A stretch of DNA of 64,000 nt from Patescibacteria group bacterium (GTDB lineage Bacteria; Patescibacteriota; Patescibacteriia; SBBC01; CAIJZX01): assembly GCA_038065275.1 (NCBI GenBank), contig JBBTRH010000007.1:2873-66872 (forward strand), read 5' to 3'. Made by a program: the position numbers and the translations under genes. A model generated the notes under the pieces. That model had not been told where the DNA came from, made no database searches, and saw nothing but the letters and a program-made list of their open reading frames with translations. Every line of letters begins with the position of its first letter. Position 1 is the stretch's first letter. Below are positions 29,682 through 38,132 of this stretch, piece by piece.

Positions 29682-31003
29682 GACCCGTTTGACAGCATCT
29701 TCCGCACCGTCTCGACATCACTCCACTCCATTTTCTGTCCCCTGACCATCATCGACGTCTCCGAACCCATGCCGGTAATTGCAATCACATCCCCCGGTTG
29801 AGCGAGTTTTATCGCGTGATGTATGGCTTCTTTGCGATCCAGGATAATTTCCGCCTTCCCCTGTTGATCAACGGGCAGACCGTCATAAATCGTAGCGCAA
29901 ATCTGTTGCGGATCTTCATCATACGGGTCGTCCGTAGTTAAAATAATCTTGGCACAGTATCGCGCGGCAATCTTCCCCAGTTCCGGGCGTTTCCAGGCGT
30001 CCCGTCCGCCGCCGGCCGCACCGAAGACAGCAATGATGCGCTTCGCACCGTCTGATTTCAGCGATTGATAGAATTGTTCAAGCGCGGCGGGTGTCAGCGC
30101 ATAATCAACCACTACTCGCCACGGTCGGCCGGTGGCTATTTCTTCGCTTCTTCCCGGCACCGCCTGTGCGCTAGCCAGCCCCTTAACGATCGCTTCCCAC
30201 TCCAGCCCCAAGGCGCGGCCGACGGCGATGGCTTGCAACGCGTTACGGACATTGTATTCGCCGGACAACGGTAGCGTGAAATCGCGGCCGTCAACGGTGA
30301 ACATCATCCCGTCCGCCGTCGGCCGCGCGCCGCTCCCCGCAATGACCGTCATTTTCCCTTCGGCATCCGCTATCGTTCGGTGATGACTTAACGTTGTTCC
30401 ATAGTGCTTTTCGGCCCAAAATTTCAGGTAATAGTCGTGTGACGCATCGTCGAGATTAACGACGGTGACTTTGGGAATGGCGGCGCCAAACAAGTGCTTG
30501 TCGCCGCTACGGATAATCGAGGTGAAGAGCAGGCCTTTAGCTTGCCGATAGGCTTCGAACGAACCGTGTGTCTTGATGTGCTCGGGCGTAAGATTGGTGA
30601 TCACCGCCACGTCGAAGTCGACGTCGGTATGGCGGTACTGAACCAGCCCTTCCGACGACGCCTCAACGACCGCGTAGCGACAGCCAGCCTGGACCATTCG
30701 TCGCAGGAGCCGCTGTAGTTGAAACGGGTCGGGCATGGTCAGGTGCGATTCGTTGAGCCAGCGCTGTTCGCCAATCTGAAACACCGCCGACGTCGACAAC
30801 CCGACCGGCGCGCCGCTCGCGCCGAGCACATCGGCGATCAGCGACGCCGTAGTGGTTTTGCCGTCAGTCCCGGTCACGCCAACCACAATTATATGGCGCG
30901 ACGGCCGTCCGTACCGCCAGCCAGCCAGAAGCGCCAGCAAGTGATGGTACTGCCGGCGGATAGTCGGCGGAGCTAGGCGCTTTAGTGTTCCCAGCGCGGG
31001 CAT
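29678..31003 (-). CDS. murE: Mur ligase (MurE-like)
   Basis: GVTGTDGKTTT, EASS, TNLTPEH, VPGR, VDYA, DDPYDE. Confidence 0.85.
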   Translation of the reverse strand: MPALGTLKRLAPPTIRRQYHHLLALLAGWRYGRPSRHIIVVGVTGTDGKTTTASLIADVLGASGAPVGLSTSAVFQIGEQRWLNESHLTMPDPFQLQRLLRRMVQAGCRYAVVEASSEGLVQYRHTDVDFDVAVITNLTPEHIKTHGSFEAYRQAKGLLFTSIIRSGDKHLFGAAIPKVTVVNLDDASHDYYLKFWAEKHYGTTLSHHRTIADAEGKMTVIAGSGARPTADGMMFTVDGRDFTLPLSGEYNVRNALQAIAVGRALGLEWEAIVKGLASAQAVPGRSEEIATGRPWRVVVDYALTPAALEQFYQSLKSDGAKRIIAVFGAAGGGRDAWKRPELGKIAARYCAKIILTTDDPYDEDPQQICATIYDGLPVDQQGKAEIILDRKEAIHHAIKLAQPGDVIAITGMGSETSMMVRGQKMEWSDVETVRKMLSNGS

Positions 31004-31008
31004 AGGAA

Positions 31009-31263
31009 TTAAGCGAACGATTCCGGGGTCAACTCCTGATCGTCGCTCAAGCGCACCGTGAACGAAAAATCCTTGTTACGCACGAGATCGTAACGCCGGC
31101 CCTGGAAAATTAATGTGGTGATGCCGTAACGCTTGGCCGTGTAGAACAATCCTTCGACCACGTCGTGATCGGCATTCTTGAGGTAGACGATGGCGTCTTT
31201 ATCTCCCTCAACTTGGTGGACGTTGATCAGCTCGCGGCGCGGTTTATCATTCGGCAACGGCAT
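31009..31263 (-). CDS. Small hypothetical protein, paralog 4 of tandem array
   Basis: Shares HxVxGD and DxSFT motifs with neighbours. Confidence 0.75.
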   Translation of the reverse strand: MPLPNDKPRRELINVHQVEGDKDAIVYLKNADHDVVEGLFYTAKRYGITTLIFQGRRYDLVRNKDFSFTVRLSDDQELTPESFA

Positions 31264-31312
31264 AGGTCGCTAGTCTAGCAAACATGGCGTCGCCTGGCCA
31301 GCGCGGGGATTA

Positions 31313-31552
31313 TCAGATCACCAGGTCGTCGTCCGCGGCGATAATCGTGTAACTGTTGTCGCGATCATGATTAATAACATACGCTGTACCGCGAACATGA
31401 AACGTACTCTGTCCGCGCCGCTTGGCTCGGTAGAGAAGCTCTTCCGTCCGCAGGTGACTGCCCTCCTTGAGGTAATCTATGGCGTCCTGATCGCCGTGGA
31501 GACGATGGACGACGATGTATTCTTCGTCAGTCTGGCGGTAGGGTTTTTTCAT
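31313..31552 (-). CDS. Small hypothetical protein, paralog 3
   Basis: HRLHGDQDAIDYLK aligns with HQVEGDKDAIVYLK. Confidence 0.75.
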   Translation of the reverse strand: MKKPYRQTDEEYIVVHRLHGDQDAIDYLKEGSHLRTEELLYRAKRRGQSTFHVRGTAYVINHDRDNSYTIIAADDDLVI

Positions 31553-31554
31553 GC

Positions 31555-31785
31555 TTAGAGAATCCCCTGGACGAACGAGCCCGGCTCAAGCGTGAAAGTG
31601 TGGTCGGGATGGCGGCGAAGGATGCGTTCCTGTCCGTCGAGAATGAGGCGGGATTGCCCATGTTCCTGGGCCTCAGCGAACAGTCGGTTAAGGTAGGCGG
31701 CCGATTGCCGGCGGAGAATTAGGGCCAGCTCCGGATCGCCGATGACGATGTGCCCCTGAATGTTCGTGCGTTTAAAACCAGCCAT
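31555..31785 (-). CDS. Small hypothetical protein, paralog 2
   Basis: GHIVIGD, LFAEA..HGQS, DHTFT. Confidence 0.7.
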   Translation of the reverse strand: MAGFKRTNIQGHIVIGDPELALILRRQSAAYLNRLFAEAQEHGQSRLILDGQERILRRHPDHTFTLEPGSFVQGIL

Positions 31786-32017
31786 GGGAGACGTTGGTCG
31801 CTACGACGACGAATGCGCCGTTTTCGCCGTCTACCAAGCTGAACTTGCGGTGGTCCTCGTCCTCGAAGGCGACTTCTTTTTGTGCCTCAACTTGCTTGAA
31901 CAACTCCAGCGCCTCGTCTTGGCTGAGTTTGTAGGCTAGATGCTTAACCCCGAAAAACGACCGCTCGTCGTCGCAGGTGACGCGATGACCGTGGACGGTC
32001 AGCTGGTGGTTGCTCAT
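31772..32017 (-). CDS. Small hypothetical protein, paralog 1 (most divergent)
   Basis: GHRVTCD, ELFKQV; overlaps the next gene. Confidence 0.65.
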   Translation of the reverse strand: MSNHQLTVHGHRVTCDDERSFFGVKHLAYKLSQDEALELFKQVEAQKEVAFEDEDHRKFSLVDGENGAFVVVATNVSHGWF

Positions 32018-32080
32018 ATGGATCGTATGAGATGATGAAGCCTACCGCCATCGTAGCACTATCGCAAAAAAATGCCAGTT

Positions 32081-32219
32081 AAAAAGGAGAGACACACTGG
32101 TGAGAGTGTGTCGTGGTAAGTAGGGGGGTTGATTGAGGTGGCCGTGGGGCGAAGGTTTTTTGGGAGCTTGGTGCTTCCGGAAACCATTTCGCTCGAGAGC
32201 TACCTCATTTCCTACTTAC
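32081..32219 (-). ncRNA. Candidate rod-shaped small RNA with own promoter and terminator
   Basis: 5' GTAAGTAGG pairs with CCTACTTAC; further nested stems; terminator-like hairpin GACACACT...AGTGTGTC then T5. Confidence 0.55.
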
Positions 32220-32225
32220 AGCTGA

Positions 32226-32254
32226 ATTATAGACCTATACGGTTTCTACGTCAA
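32226..32254 (-). promoter_or_regulatory. Sigma70-type promoter
   Basis: TTGACG-17 nt-TATAAT on the minus strand. Confidence 0.75.
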
Positions 32255-32358
32255 GAGGTATTTTTCTTAGGAAAAACCAGGTGTTTTCTACCGCCGTGTA
32301 TCCAAAAAAAGGTTATCCACAAAAAGACCTCGGAATTTCTTCCGAGGCGCAAGCACTA

Positions 32359-32964
32359 TCATGCCGATTGACGACGGGCGTTCAACCGGGCGTCGATCTG
32401 AACTTCGTATCGAGCGCCGGCCAGCCCGCGGTGCGGTTTGGCTTCTTCACCCAGTCCGAGGTACGCGCCGACGGACGAGAGTGACAACTTGGTGATGCGG
32501 CCGGCCAGGAAATCCGGCCGCAGGGCTTCGCTGGCCTTGGTCATCAGGCAGTGCCAGTGGTAGTCGCCCCGCCATTCCCGACCGTAGCGGTAGAAATAGT
32601 CGGCCAGCCAGCGGAACTCGAAGCTGACGTTATACGCCCAGGGCACACATCCGGCGCAGAACGCGTTGAGCTGATCAAGCGCCTGCTCCGCCAGAATCGC
32701 GTCAACCCACTCGGCGAAGGTGAAACCGTTGTAGCGATGGTACGACAGCTCCTCTTCCGACCTGCCGAACGGATTGGCGACCCCGAACATGAGGTTGAGT
32801 TCGGCCAGCGCGTCGCCGCTGACCGGATCGACTTTCACCAGTCCGGCTTCACAGACCTCGCCCCCTTCGGCCAGGCTGTCGCCGGTGGTTTCCAGATCAA
32901 TAAAGACCCTTGGCAAAGCGATGAAATCGGCCGTGCCGCTGACACGGTTGGGGCGCATACTCAT
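32359..32964 (-). CDS. DEDDh 3'-5' exonuclease (DnaQ-like)
   Basis: FIDLETTG, AYNVSFE, PHRGLAGA (later acidic residues partly substituted). Confidence 0.75.
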   Translation of the reverse strand: MSMRPNRVSGTADFIALPRVFIDLETTGDSLAEGGEVCEAGLVKVDPVSGDALAELNLMFGVANPFGRSEEELSYHRYNGFTFAEWVDAILAEQALDQLNAFCAGCVPWAYNVSFEFRWLADYFYRYGREWRGDYHWHCLMTKASEALRPDFLAGRITKLSLSSVGAYLGLGEEAKPHRGLAGARYEVQIDARLNARRQSA

Positions 32965-33063
32965 TTATGTGCCTCCCTGTGAAAGATCAAACCCAAAAAG
33001 CATGGCTGGACAATACTCTATCTTTAGCAGAAGTCAAGCGCGTGTGTAAGACACCGTCGCCCT

Positions 33064-33250
33064 ACCTCCCCCGTCAAATAGTAACATTCGTACTTTCTAA
33101 TGCCATCATCTATACAAAACGTTTTTGGTTTTATCATAAACCCCCCTCCTCCCGCGCGGGCGGGAGGAGGGGTGCGTTTGGGGCAACGATTTCGCTAAAT
33201 GTGTAATTTATTTTGTAATTCAGACAATCAGTAACATTTGACGAGGGGGG
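33064..33250. mobile_element. ~180-bp MITE family 2, copy inverted relative to 28961-29143
   Basis: ACCTCCCCCGTCAAATAGTAACATTCGT is the reverse complement of the 28961 copy's right end; central CCCCTCCT..AGGAGGGG. Confidence 0.75.
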
Positions 33251-33254
33251 CGGG

Positions 33255-33959
33255 CTACGTCGTAGTCTGCAATGCCGCCTCAATCTTCGGAATGTCCGTC
33301 GGCGCCGTCAGGTCGAGCCAACGGTCTTCCAGCGCGACGACCTCGACCGCTTCGCGTCCGGCGATGACATTAATCGCGTCCGTAATTTCGTATTCGCCGC
33401 GCGGCGAAGGTTGTAATTGTTCGATGATCGGGAAAATAGCCGGGGTAAACAGGTACAGGCTGGCGTTGATTAAATCACCGACGAACTCGGTCGGTTTTTC
33501 AATAATTTTATCGAGCGTGCCGTCCGGTTTCTGTTTGAGAATGCCCATTCCTTGCCACTGCGGCGTCCGGTAGCCGCCGATAATCATCTGTCCGTCATAC
33601 CGCGTCATCTTCCGCAGGTCATTGACGCTGTAAAGGTTATCACCGGCGATGACGGCGAAAGGTTTGCCTCCGACCGCGGATTTAACGTTCTCTACGGCGG
33701 CGGCCGTACCGTAACGTTCATGGAAGCGGTGCTGTTCCGCTAAGCGAATGTCCGGCACATTTTTGTACATCGAAAAAGTATGGCCGTTGTGGCCGATGAG
33801 GATGACCAGGTCGGTAAACCCGGCTTGGCGGAGCCGGTCGAGCGTGTAGTCGAGGAACGGCCGCCCGAGCACCGGCAACAGGTGTTTCGGCTTATCCGAC
33901 GCTAAATCTTTCATTCGCGTGCCGCGCCCGGCGGCCATGATGACGACGGTGGAGACCAT
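33255..33959 (-). CDS. Sugar-phosphate nucleotidyltransferase
   Basis: VIMAAGRGTRM, KPKHLLPV, YGTA, IIEKP, SPRGEYEITD. Confidence 0.88.
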   Translation of the reverse strand: MVSTVVIMAAGRGTRMKDLASDKPKHLLPVLGRPFLDYTLDRLRQAGFTDLVILIGHNGHTFSMYKNVPDIRLAEQHRFHERYGTAAAVENVKSAVGGKPFAVIAGDNLYSVNDLRKMTRYDGQMIIGGYRTPQWQGMGILKQKPDGTLDKIIEKPTEFVGDLINASLYLFTPAIFPIIEQLQPSPRGEYEITDAINVIAGREAVEVVALEDRWLDLTAPTDIPKIEAALQTTT

Positions 33960-33975
33960 GTGTAAAAAATAGTTG

Positions 33976-34467
33976 CTACATTCCTAAAGATATCGACTGA
34001 CCGTTCAGTATCGCCAGATCTCTTATGACGCTCCGTAATTCTTCATCACTCGTCGGGCCGATTGTTGCCGTTTCTTCTTGCGACACCCATTTAAATTCGG
34101 AATGATTATCGGGCTGGAGGGTGATCTTTTCGATCGGATCAATACACCTCGCAAAGTATACCACCTCGATGGAATGAGAACCCTTGATCTCGTTGGTATA
34201 TGTAAAGGCCGCGTACGGATCGCCAACGTTGATGTGCGCCCCCAGCTCTTCCCGCACCTCTCGCTTCAAACCCTCGACAATGTCCTCGCCCCAGTTGATA
34301 TGACCGCCTGGAAGTTCAAATACGCCTGGCAGGAATTTCTTGGTAGCCGCCCGTTTCGCGACCAACACTTTTTCCACCCCATCGATATTGTGGTGAATCA
34401 GCGCACAGGCGGTTATCACTTGCTGACCACGGGCTGGGGTTTCGCTGTCGTGGGAAGTTTTGCTCAT
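33976..34467 (-). CDS. NUDIX hydrolase
   Basis: ELPGGHINWGE....GLKREVREELG; start may be 34500. Confidence 0.85.
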   Translation of the reverse strand: MSKTSHDSETPARGQQVITACALIHHNIDGVEKVLVAKRAATKKFLPGVFELPGGHINWGEDIVEGLKREVREELGAHINVGDPYAAFTYTNEIKGSHSIEVVYFARCIDPIEKITLQPDNHSEFKWVSQEETATIGPTSDEELRSVIRDLAILNGQSISLGM

Positions 34468-34622
34468 AATATTGGCTACTGTACGAACGTCGGAAAACAT
34501 CGTAGTCTGTACATTGTTTTCCGCGCCAGGTGGTGCCCTCTAGAACCTCTAATCGATCGCCGCACGAAGCCCCTGTCCTCGAGTGGAATCGACGCCTCGC
34601 AGTGATCCGTCCCGCCCCAGCC

Positions 34623-34697
34623 TGGTGCCCCCCAGAGGAATCGAACCTCTATCGCGAGATCCGGAATCTCGTGTCCTATCCGTTGAACGAGGGAGGC
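34623..34697 (-). tRNA. tRNA-Arg(CCG)
   Basis: Cloverleaf: acceptor GCCTCCC/GGGGGGC-ACCA, anticodon arm CGAGA-TTCCGGA-TCTCG, T-loop GGTTCGATTCC. Confidence 0.95.
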
Positions 34698-34843
34698 CCA
34701 GGCTGGGGCGGGATATCCGTTGAACTACGAGGGCACGGGTCTTGTGCGGGATGTGCGTTGCCGGGCGAAGCCGGGTCCGGCTCCGCCGGAAACGAGGGAG
34801 GCATCATCTAGTGCGGAACGGAAACAGCTTATCAGAAGTTTTC

Positions 34844-35851
34844 CTATTCATCAACCCCGCCCCGCATGCGCTTGGCCAACCGGTATGCCTGGTACCACTG
34901 TGGTTGCAGAATGGCGTTCAGTGACAACGGAAAAACGATCTGCCGTCCGCTAAACCCGCGTTTAAATCGTGTGATACCGGCCCATTTATGCGTCGGTTCA
35001 TCATCCGGCGCTATCCCCCACAGGTCGTATTCTTTCACTCCACGTTGGTGAGCCTGCTTGATCGTCTCCCACTGCAACAGATATGGCACCATGGCCTCTT
35101 TTGTGCTGTCATCGGAGCCACCATGCAGATAGGTAGCCGTCCGGCCGTGCCAGATGATCATATGCGCGGATCGAACAGCACCGTTATATTCTCCAAGAAT
35201 GAGTTCGGCCATGCCCGCCGTTTGTAGCACGGTGAACAGTTGGCGGTAGTATTGATCCTGATGCAATCGGATGCCCTGCCGCTGAGCAGTTTGATGCATT
35301 AAACCGAGAAACGTTTCCAGGTCTTGAAGCTCAGTACTCCATCGCACCGTCACCTTTTTCTTTTCCGCCAAACGAATATTGTAACGGGTTTTCGGATGCA
35401 TCGAGGCCAGTAGATCATCAGGCGATTGGGCCGTATCAATGACCAGGGTTTGTTGCGGTTGTAACGTTGTGCCCAATGTATATTTTCCGGCTAACTGCGT
35501 CACGTCATCGGCAAAATGATAAATTCCCGGATCAACTTTGACATACATAGCATTCTCTTTTTCTCCCAGACTCCGCATCGCAACGAACAGTGTTCGAGCG
35601 ACTTCCGACCTATCAGCCAGCGGGCCACGCGGACAGTATAAGTACGTTTTTCTGAGCAGTAGCTCGTGTCCGATCACTAACGCCGAACCGACCAACCGGT
35701 TTTCATCGAAAGCTCCCAGCCACCATATTGGCCGTCCGAGTACATGCTGAAACTCACCCCAAGTCCAGGATTGTAAAAATGGTTGCAACGGCTGGCGTCC
35801 GACCAGATCGTGTAGTGCCTCTTTGTCGTCAAGCGTACGGACGGTGACCAT
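34844..35851 (-). CDS. FemAB/FemX-family peptidoglycan bridge aminoacyltransferase
   Basis: FLQSWTWGE, YCPRGP, KTRYNIRLA, YDLWGI, GITRFKRGF. Confidence 0.88.
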   Translation of the reverse strand: MVTVRTLDDKEALHDLVGRQPLQPFLQSWTWGEFQHVLGRPIWWLGAFDENRLVGSALVIGHELLLRKTYLYCPRGPLADRSEVARTLFVAMRSLGEKENAMYVKVDPGIYHFADDVTQLAGKYTLGTTLQPQQTLVIDTAQSPDDLLASMHPKTRYNIRLAEKKKVTVRWSTELQDLETFLGLMHQTAQRQGIRLHQDQYYRQLFTVLQTAGMAELILGEYNGAVRSAHMIIWHGRTATYLHGGSDDSTKEAMVPYLLQWETIKQAHQRGVKEYDLWGIAPDDEPTHKWAGITRFKRGFSGRQIVFPLSLNAILQPQWYQAYRLAKRMRGGVDE

Positions 35852-35855
35852 AGTT

Positions 35856-36410
35856 TTATCCGACGCGTTTCAGGGCTTGTTTGACGCGCTGTTCGATCGG
35901 CAGGGCCGGCGACGTCGTGGCGGCGGCTTCGCGGGCTTCTCGGCTCGTGTAACCGAGATTGACCAGCGCGTCAATGACGGTGCCCATGGCGCTATCGCCG
36001 GCCGCTTCATCGCGAACCAGTTTTCCTTTCAGGTCGACGATGATCCGCTCGGCGGTTTTGGTGCCGACGCCGGAAACTTTCGTCAGCAATCCGGCTTGAC
36101 CGCGTTCAATGGCCGCTTCCAAATCTTCGACGCTGGCCGCCGACAGCACCCCGAGCGCCAGGCGCGGCCCGACGCCGGACACGGTTAGGAGCTTCTCAAA
36201 GAGACGTCGCTCCGCGGCGCTCGCGAAGCCGTAGAGTTCAAGCGCATCTTCCCGCACGTGGAGATGGGTCGTCAACGCGGCTTCACTGCCGACCGGAAAC
36301 TGTTCCAGCGTGCGCGGCAACACAAAGAGACGGAACCCAACGCCGTGGACATCAACGGTCAGCGACCGCTCGTCGTGGGCCGTCACCAGGCCGCGGAGCG
36401 AAGCCAGCAT
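35856..36410 (-). CDS. ruvA: Holliday junction branch migration protein RuvA
   Basis: VHGVGF, HLHVRED, LYGF, VSGVGPR, GVGTKTAERII, ALVNLGY. Confidence 0.95.
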   Translation of the reverse strand: MLASLRGLVTAHDERSLTVDVHGVGFRLFVLPRTLEQFPVGSEAALTTHLHVREDALELYGFASAAERRLFEKLLTVSGVGPRLALGVLSAASVEDLEAAIERGQAGLLTKVSGVGTKTAERIIVDLKGKLVRDEAAGDSAMGTVIDALVNLGYTSREAREAAATTSPALPIEQRVKQALKRVG

Positions 36411-36412
36411 CG

Positions 36413-38026
36413 CTAGGTGCTCCCCAACCGCAGACCGTTCTTCACCGTCCGCGGGAAGACGAAATAGTTCTGGATCTGCTCGAACTTTTTCTTCAGGCCG
36501 CTGTAACGGAAGACGCGGAGGCCGGGATCGCCGTTCCGGTATGTCCCGGTGATGATTTCTTCGCGGCCGTCGCGGTTGACATCCAGGACGGTCAACGTCA
36601 CGCCGCCCCGGTAGGCCTTCGACGTCGGCAAGAAGTGCGCTCGGAGTTTGCCGTTGATATCGAAGACGTTGATGTCCGAGTAATACCCCGGTCCGCCGAC
36701 GGTGATGATGTTCGCCCGGCCAGTGCCGAAGACGTCGCCGCTGGCCACGGTCAGCCCCGAAGTAAACTGGATGGGGTAGGGATTAAAGCGACGCACCACT
36801 TTCAGCTCATTCTTGTCATTCAGGTTGAGAATCGTTACTGAGCGGCCGTTGAGGCGCGGGGCCACGATGATCTCCGCCCGGGCATCGCCATCGAGATCGC
36901 CAGTTGCAATCGAGTACCCTTGACGCTGGGTCCGGTCGTAGGCGAACCCTTGGGCCAAGCTGGTGAATTTTTTCGTGGTCTGGTTATAAGTCCAAATACG
37001 AATCTGCGGGTAAGACTTGGCCGGAACGGTGATGAGCTCGTCAACACCGTCAGCGTTCACGTCGCCCGCCGCGACCGCCACCCCGGTTTTCCGCTCGGTG
37101 GAATAGGGATTGAAGCTGGTGACGAGCCGGCCGTCAGGCGTAAACACTTTCACCAGCGGGTCAGTGCCGGCGCCGGTTCCGACAATGACGTCGGCTTGAT
37201 GGTCCCCGGTGACGTCCCCCGCGGCGACGTTAATCCCGTTTCGATCTGATTTGGCGAACGCGTTGAACTGCTTGGTCGTTTTTTTCGTGACGGGGTCAAT
37301 CACCCGCACTGTCGGTTCGCGACCCGGAGCCAAACCGGCCACGATGATGTCCTTGATAACATGCACCGGTCCGCCGCCGGTCGGTGACGGTTTGTCGGGT
37401 GAAACAACAGGCCCAACGCATGATTGCTTGATCAGCGGCACGTCGAGTCCGGCCGGACAACCGTTGGTGGCGGTGCAAGTCCGGCTCTGGGTGCCGCTGA
37501 CACAGGCCGTCCATTCCGAACAGGTATAGGTTGGAACGCACGCCTGCAACGTGGCCGCGGTGGTTTTCGTAGCCACGTTAGACATGGTCGAGACGTTGCC
37601 GGCCTCATCGGTCGACTTCAAAGCGAAGAAGTACGTGGTGGCCGGTTGGAGGTTGGTGACCGTGGCGGTCTCGGTCGTGCCGGCCGGAGCCGGGATTGGC
37701 GGCCCAAGTACCAAGATGGCTGAATCGAAGGATGCTTCGGTGATCGGACTGGCGGCGTACCGCAGGTTGTAGCTGGTTGCTTGGCCGACGTTGCCGTCGT
37801 CACCAGGCGCCGTCCAGGTCAGCGTCACGGCCGTGGCCGTTGATGGCGCCGATTGTTCGCTGACCGGGCCCGGGATGAACAAAAACCCGGCGCCCGGACT
37901 GACGAACAGGGCGGTGCCGAGCGCCAGCGAGATGAGGCTGAGGGAAATGGCAATCAAGCCAATCGACACTTGATGGACGGTGTTGATTCGTTGCTTGGTG
38001 GCGATTTCTGTGCGGCGCGGGGGCAT
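36413..38026 (-). CDS. Surface protein with FN3 domain, Cys-rich linker and FG-GAP/VCBS repeats
   Basis: N-terminal TM; LTWTAPGDDG...LQPATTYFF; repeated AAGDVxGD...I motifs. Confidence 0.8.
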   Translation of the reverse strand: MPPRRTEIATKQRINTVHQVSIGLIAISLSLISLALGTALFVSPGAGFLFIPGPVSEQSAPSTATAVTLTWTAPGDDGNVGQATSYNLRYAASPITEASFDSAILVLGPPIPAPAGTTETATVTNLQPATTYFFALKSTDEAGNVSTMSNVATKTTAATLQACVPTYTCSEWTACVSGTQSRTCTATNGCPAGLDVPLIKQSCVGPVVSPDKPSPTGGGPVHVIKDIIVAGLAPGREPTVRVIDPVTKKTTKQFNAFAKSDRNGINVAAGDVTGDHQADVIVGTGAGTDPLVKVFTPDGRLVTSFNPYSTERKTGVAVAAGDVNADGVDELITVPAKSYPQIRIWTYNQTTKKFTSLAQGFAYDRTQRQGYSIATGDLDGDARAEIIVAPRLNGRSVTILNLNDKNELKVVRRFNPYPIQFTSGLTVASGDVFGTGRANIITVGGPGYYSDINVFDINGKLRAHFLPTSKAYRGGVTLTVLDVNRDGREEIITGTYRNGDPGLRVFRYSGLKKKFEQIQNYFVFPRTVKNGLRLGST

Positions 38027-38132
38027 AAAGAATCGTGATAATAGCATACTGAAAAACCGCAAAAATGTGAAGGGGGGTCAACTGAAGGAATTTTCTAAAG
38101 CACCCGAGAAAATTGATGGATGTTTTTTAACG

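Noticed and set aside
34531-34560. Second tRNA or att site (TGGTGCCC..GAACCTCT)
   Set aside because: Only short patches match the tRNA-Arg 3' end; no cloverleaf or integrase; at most a decayed remnant
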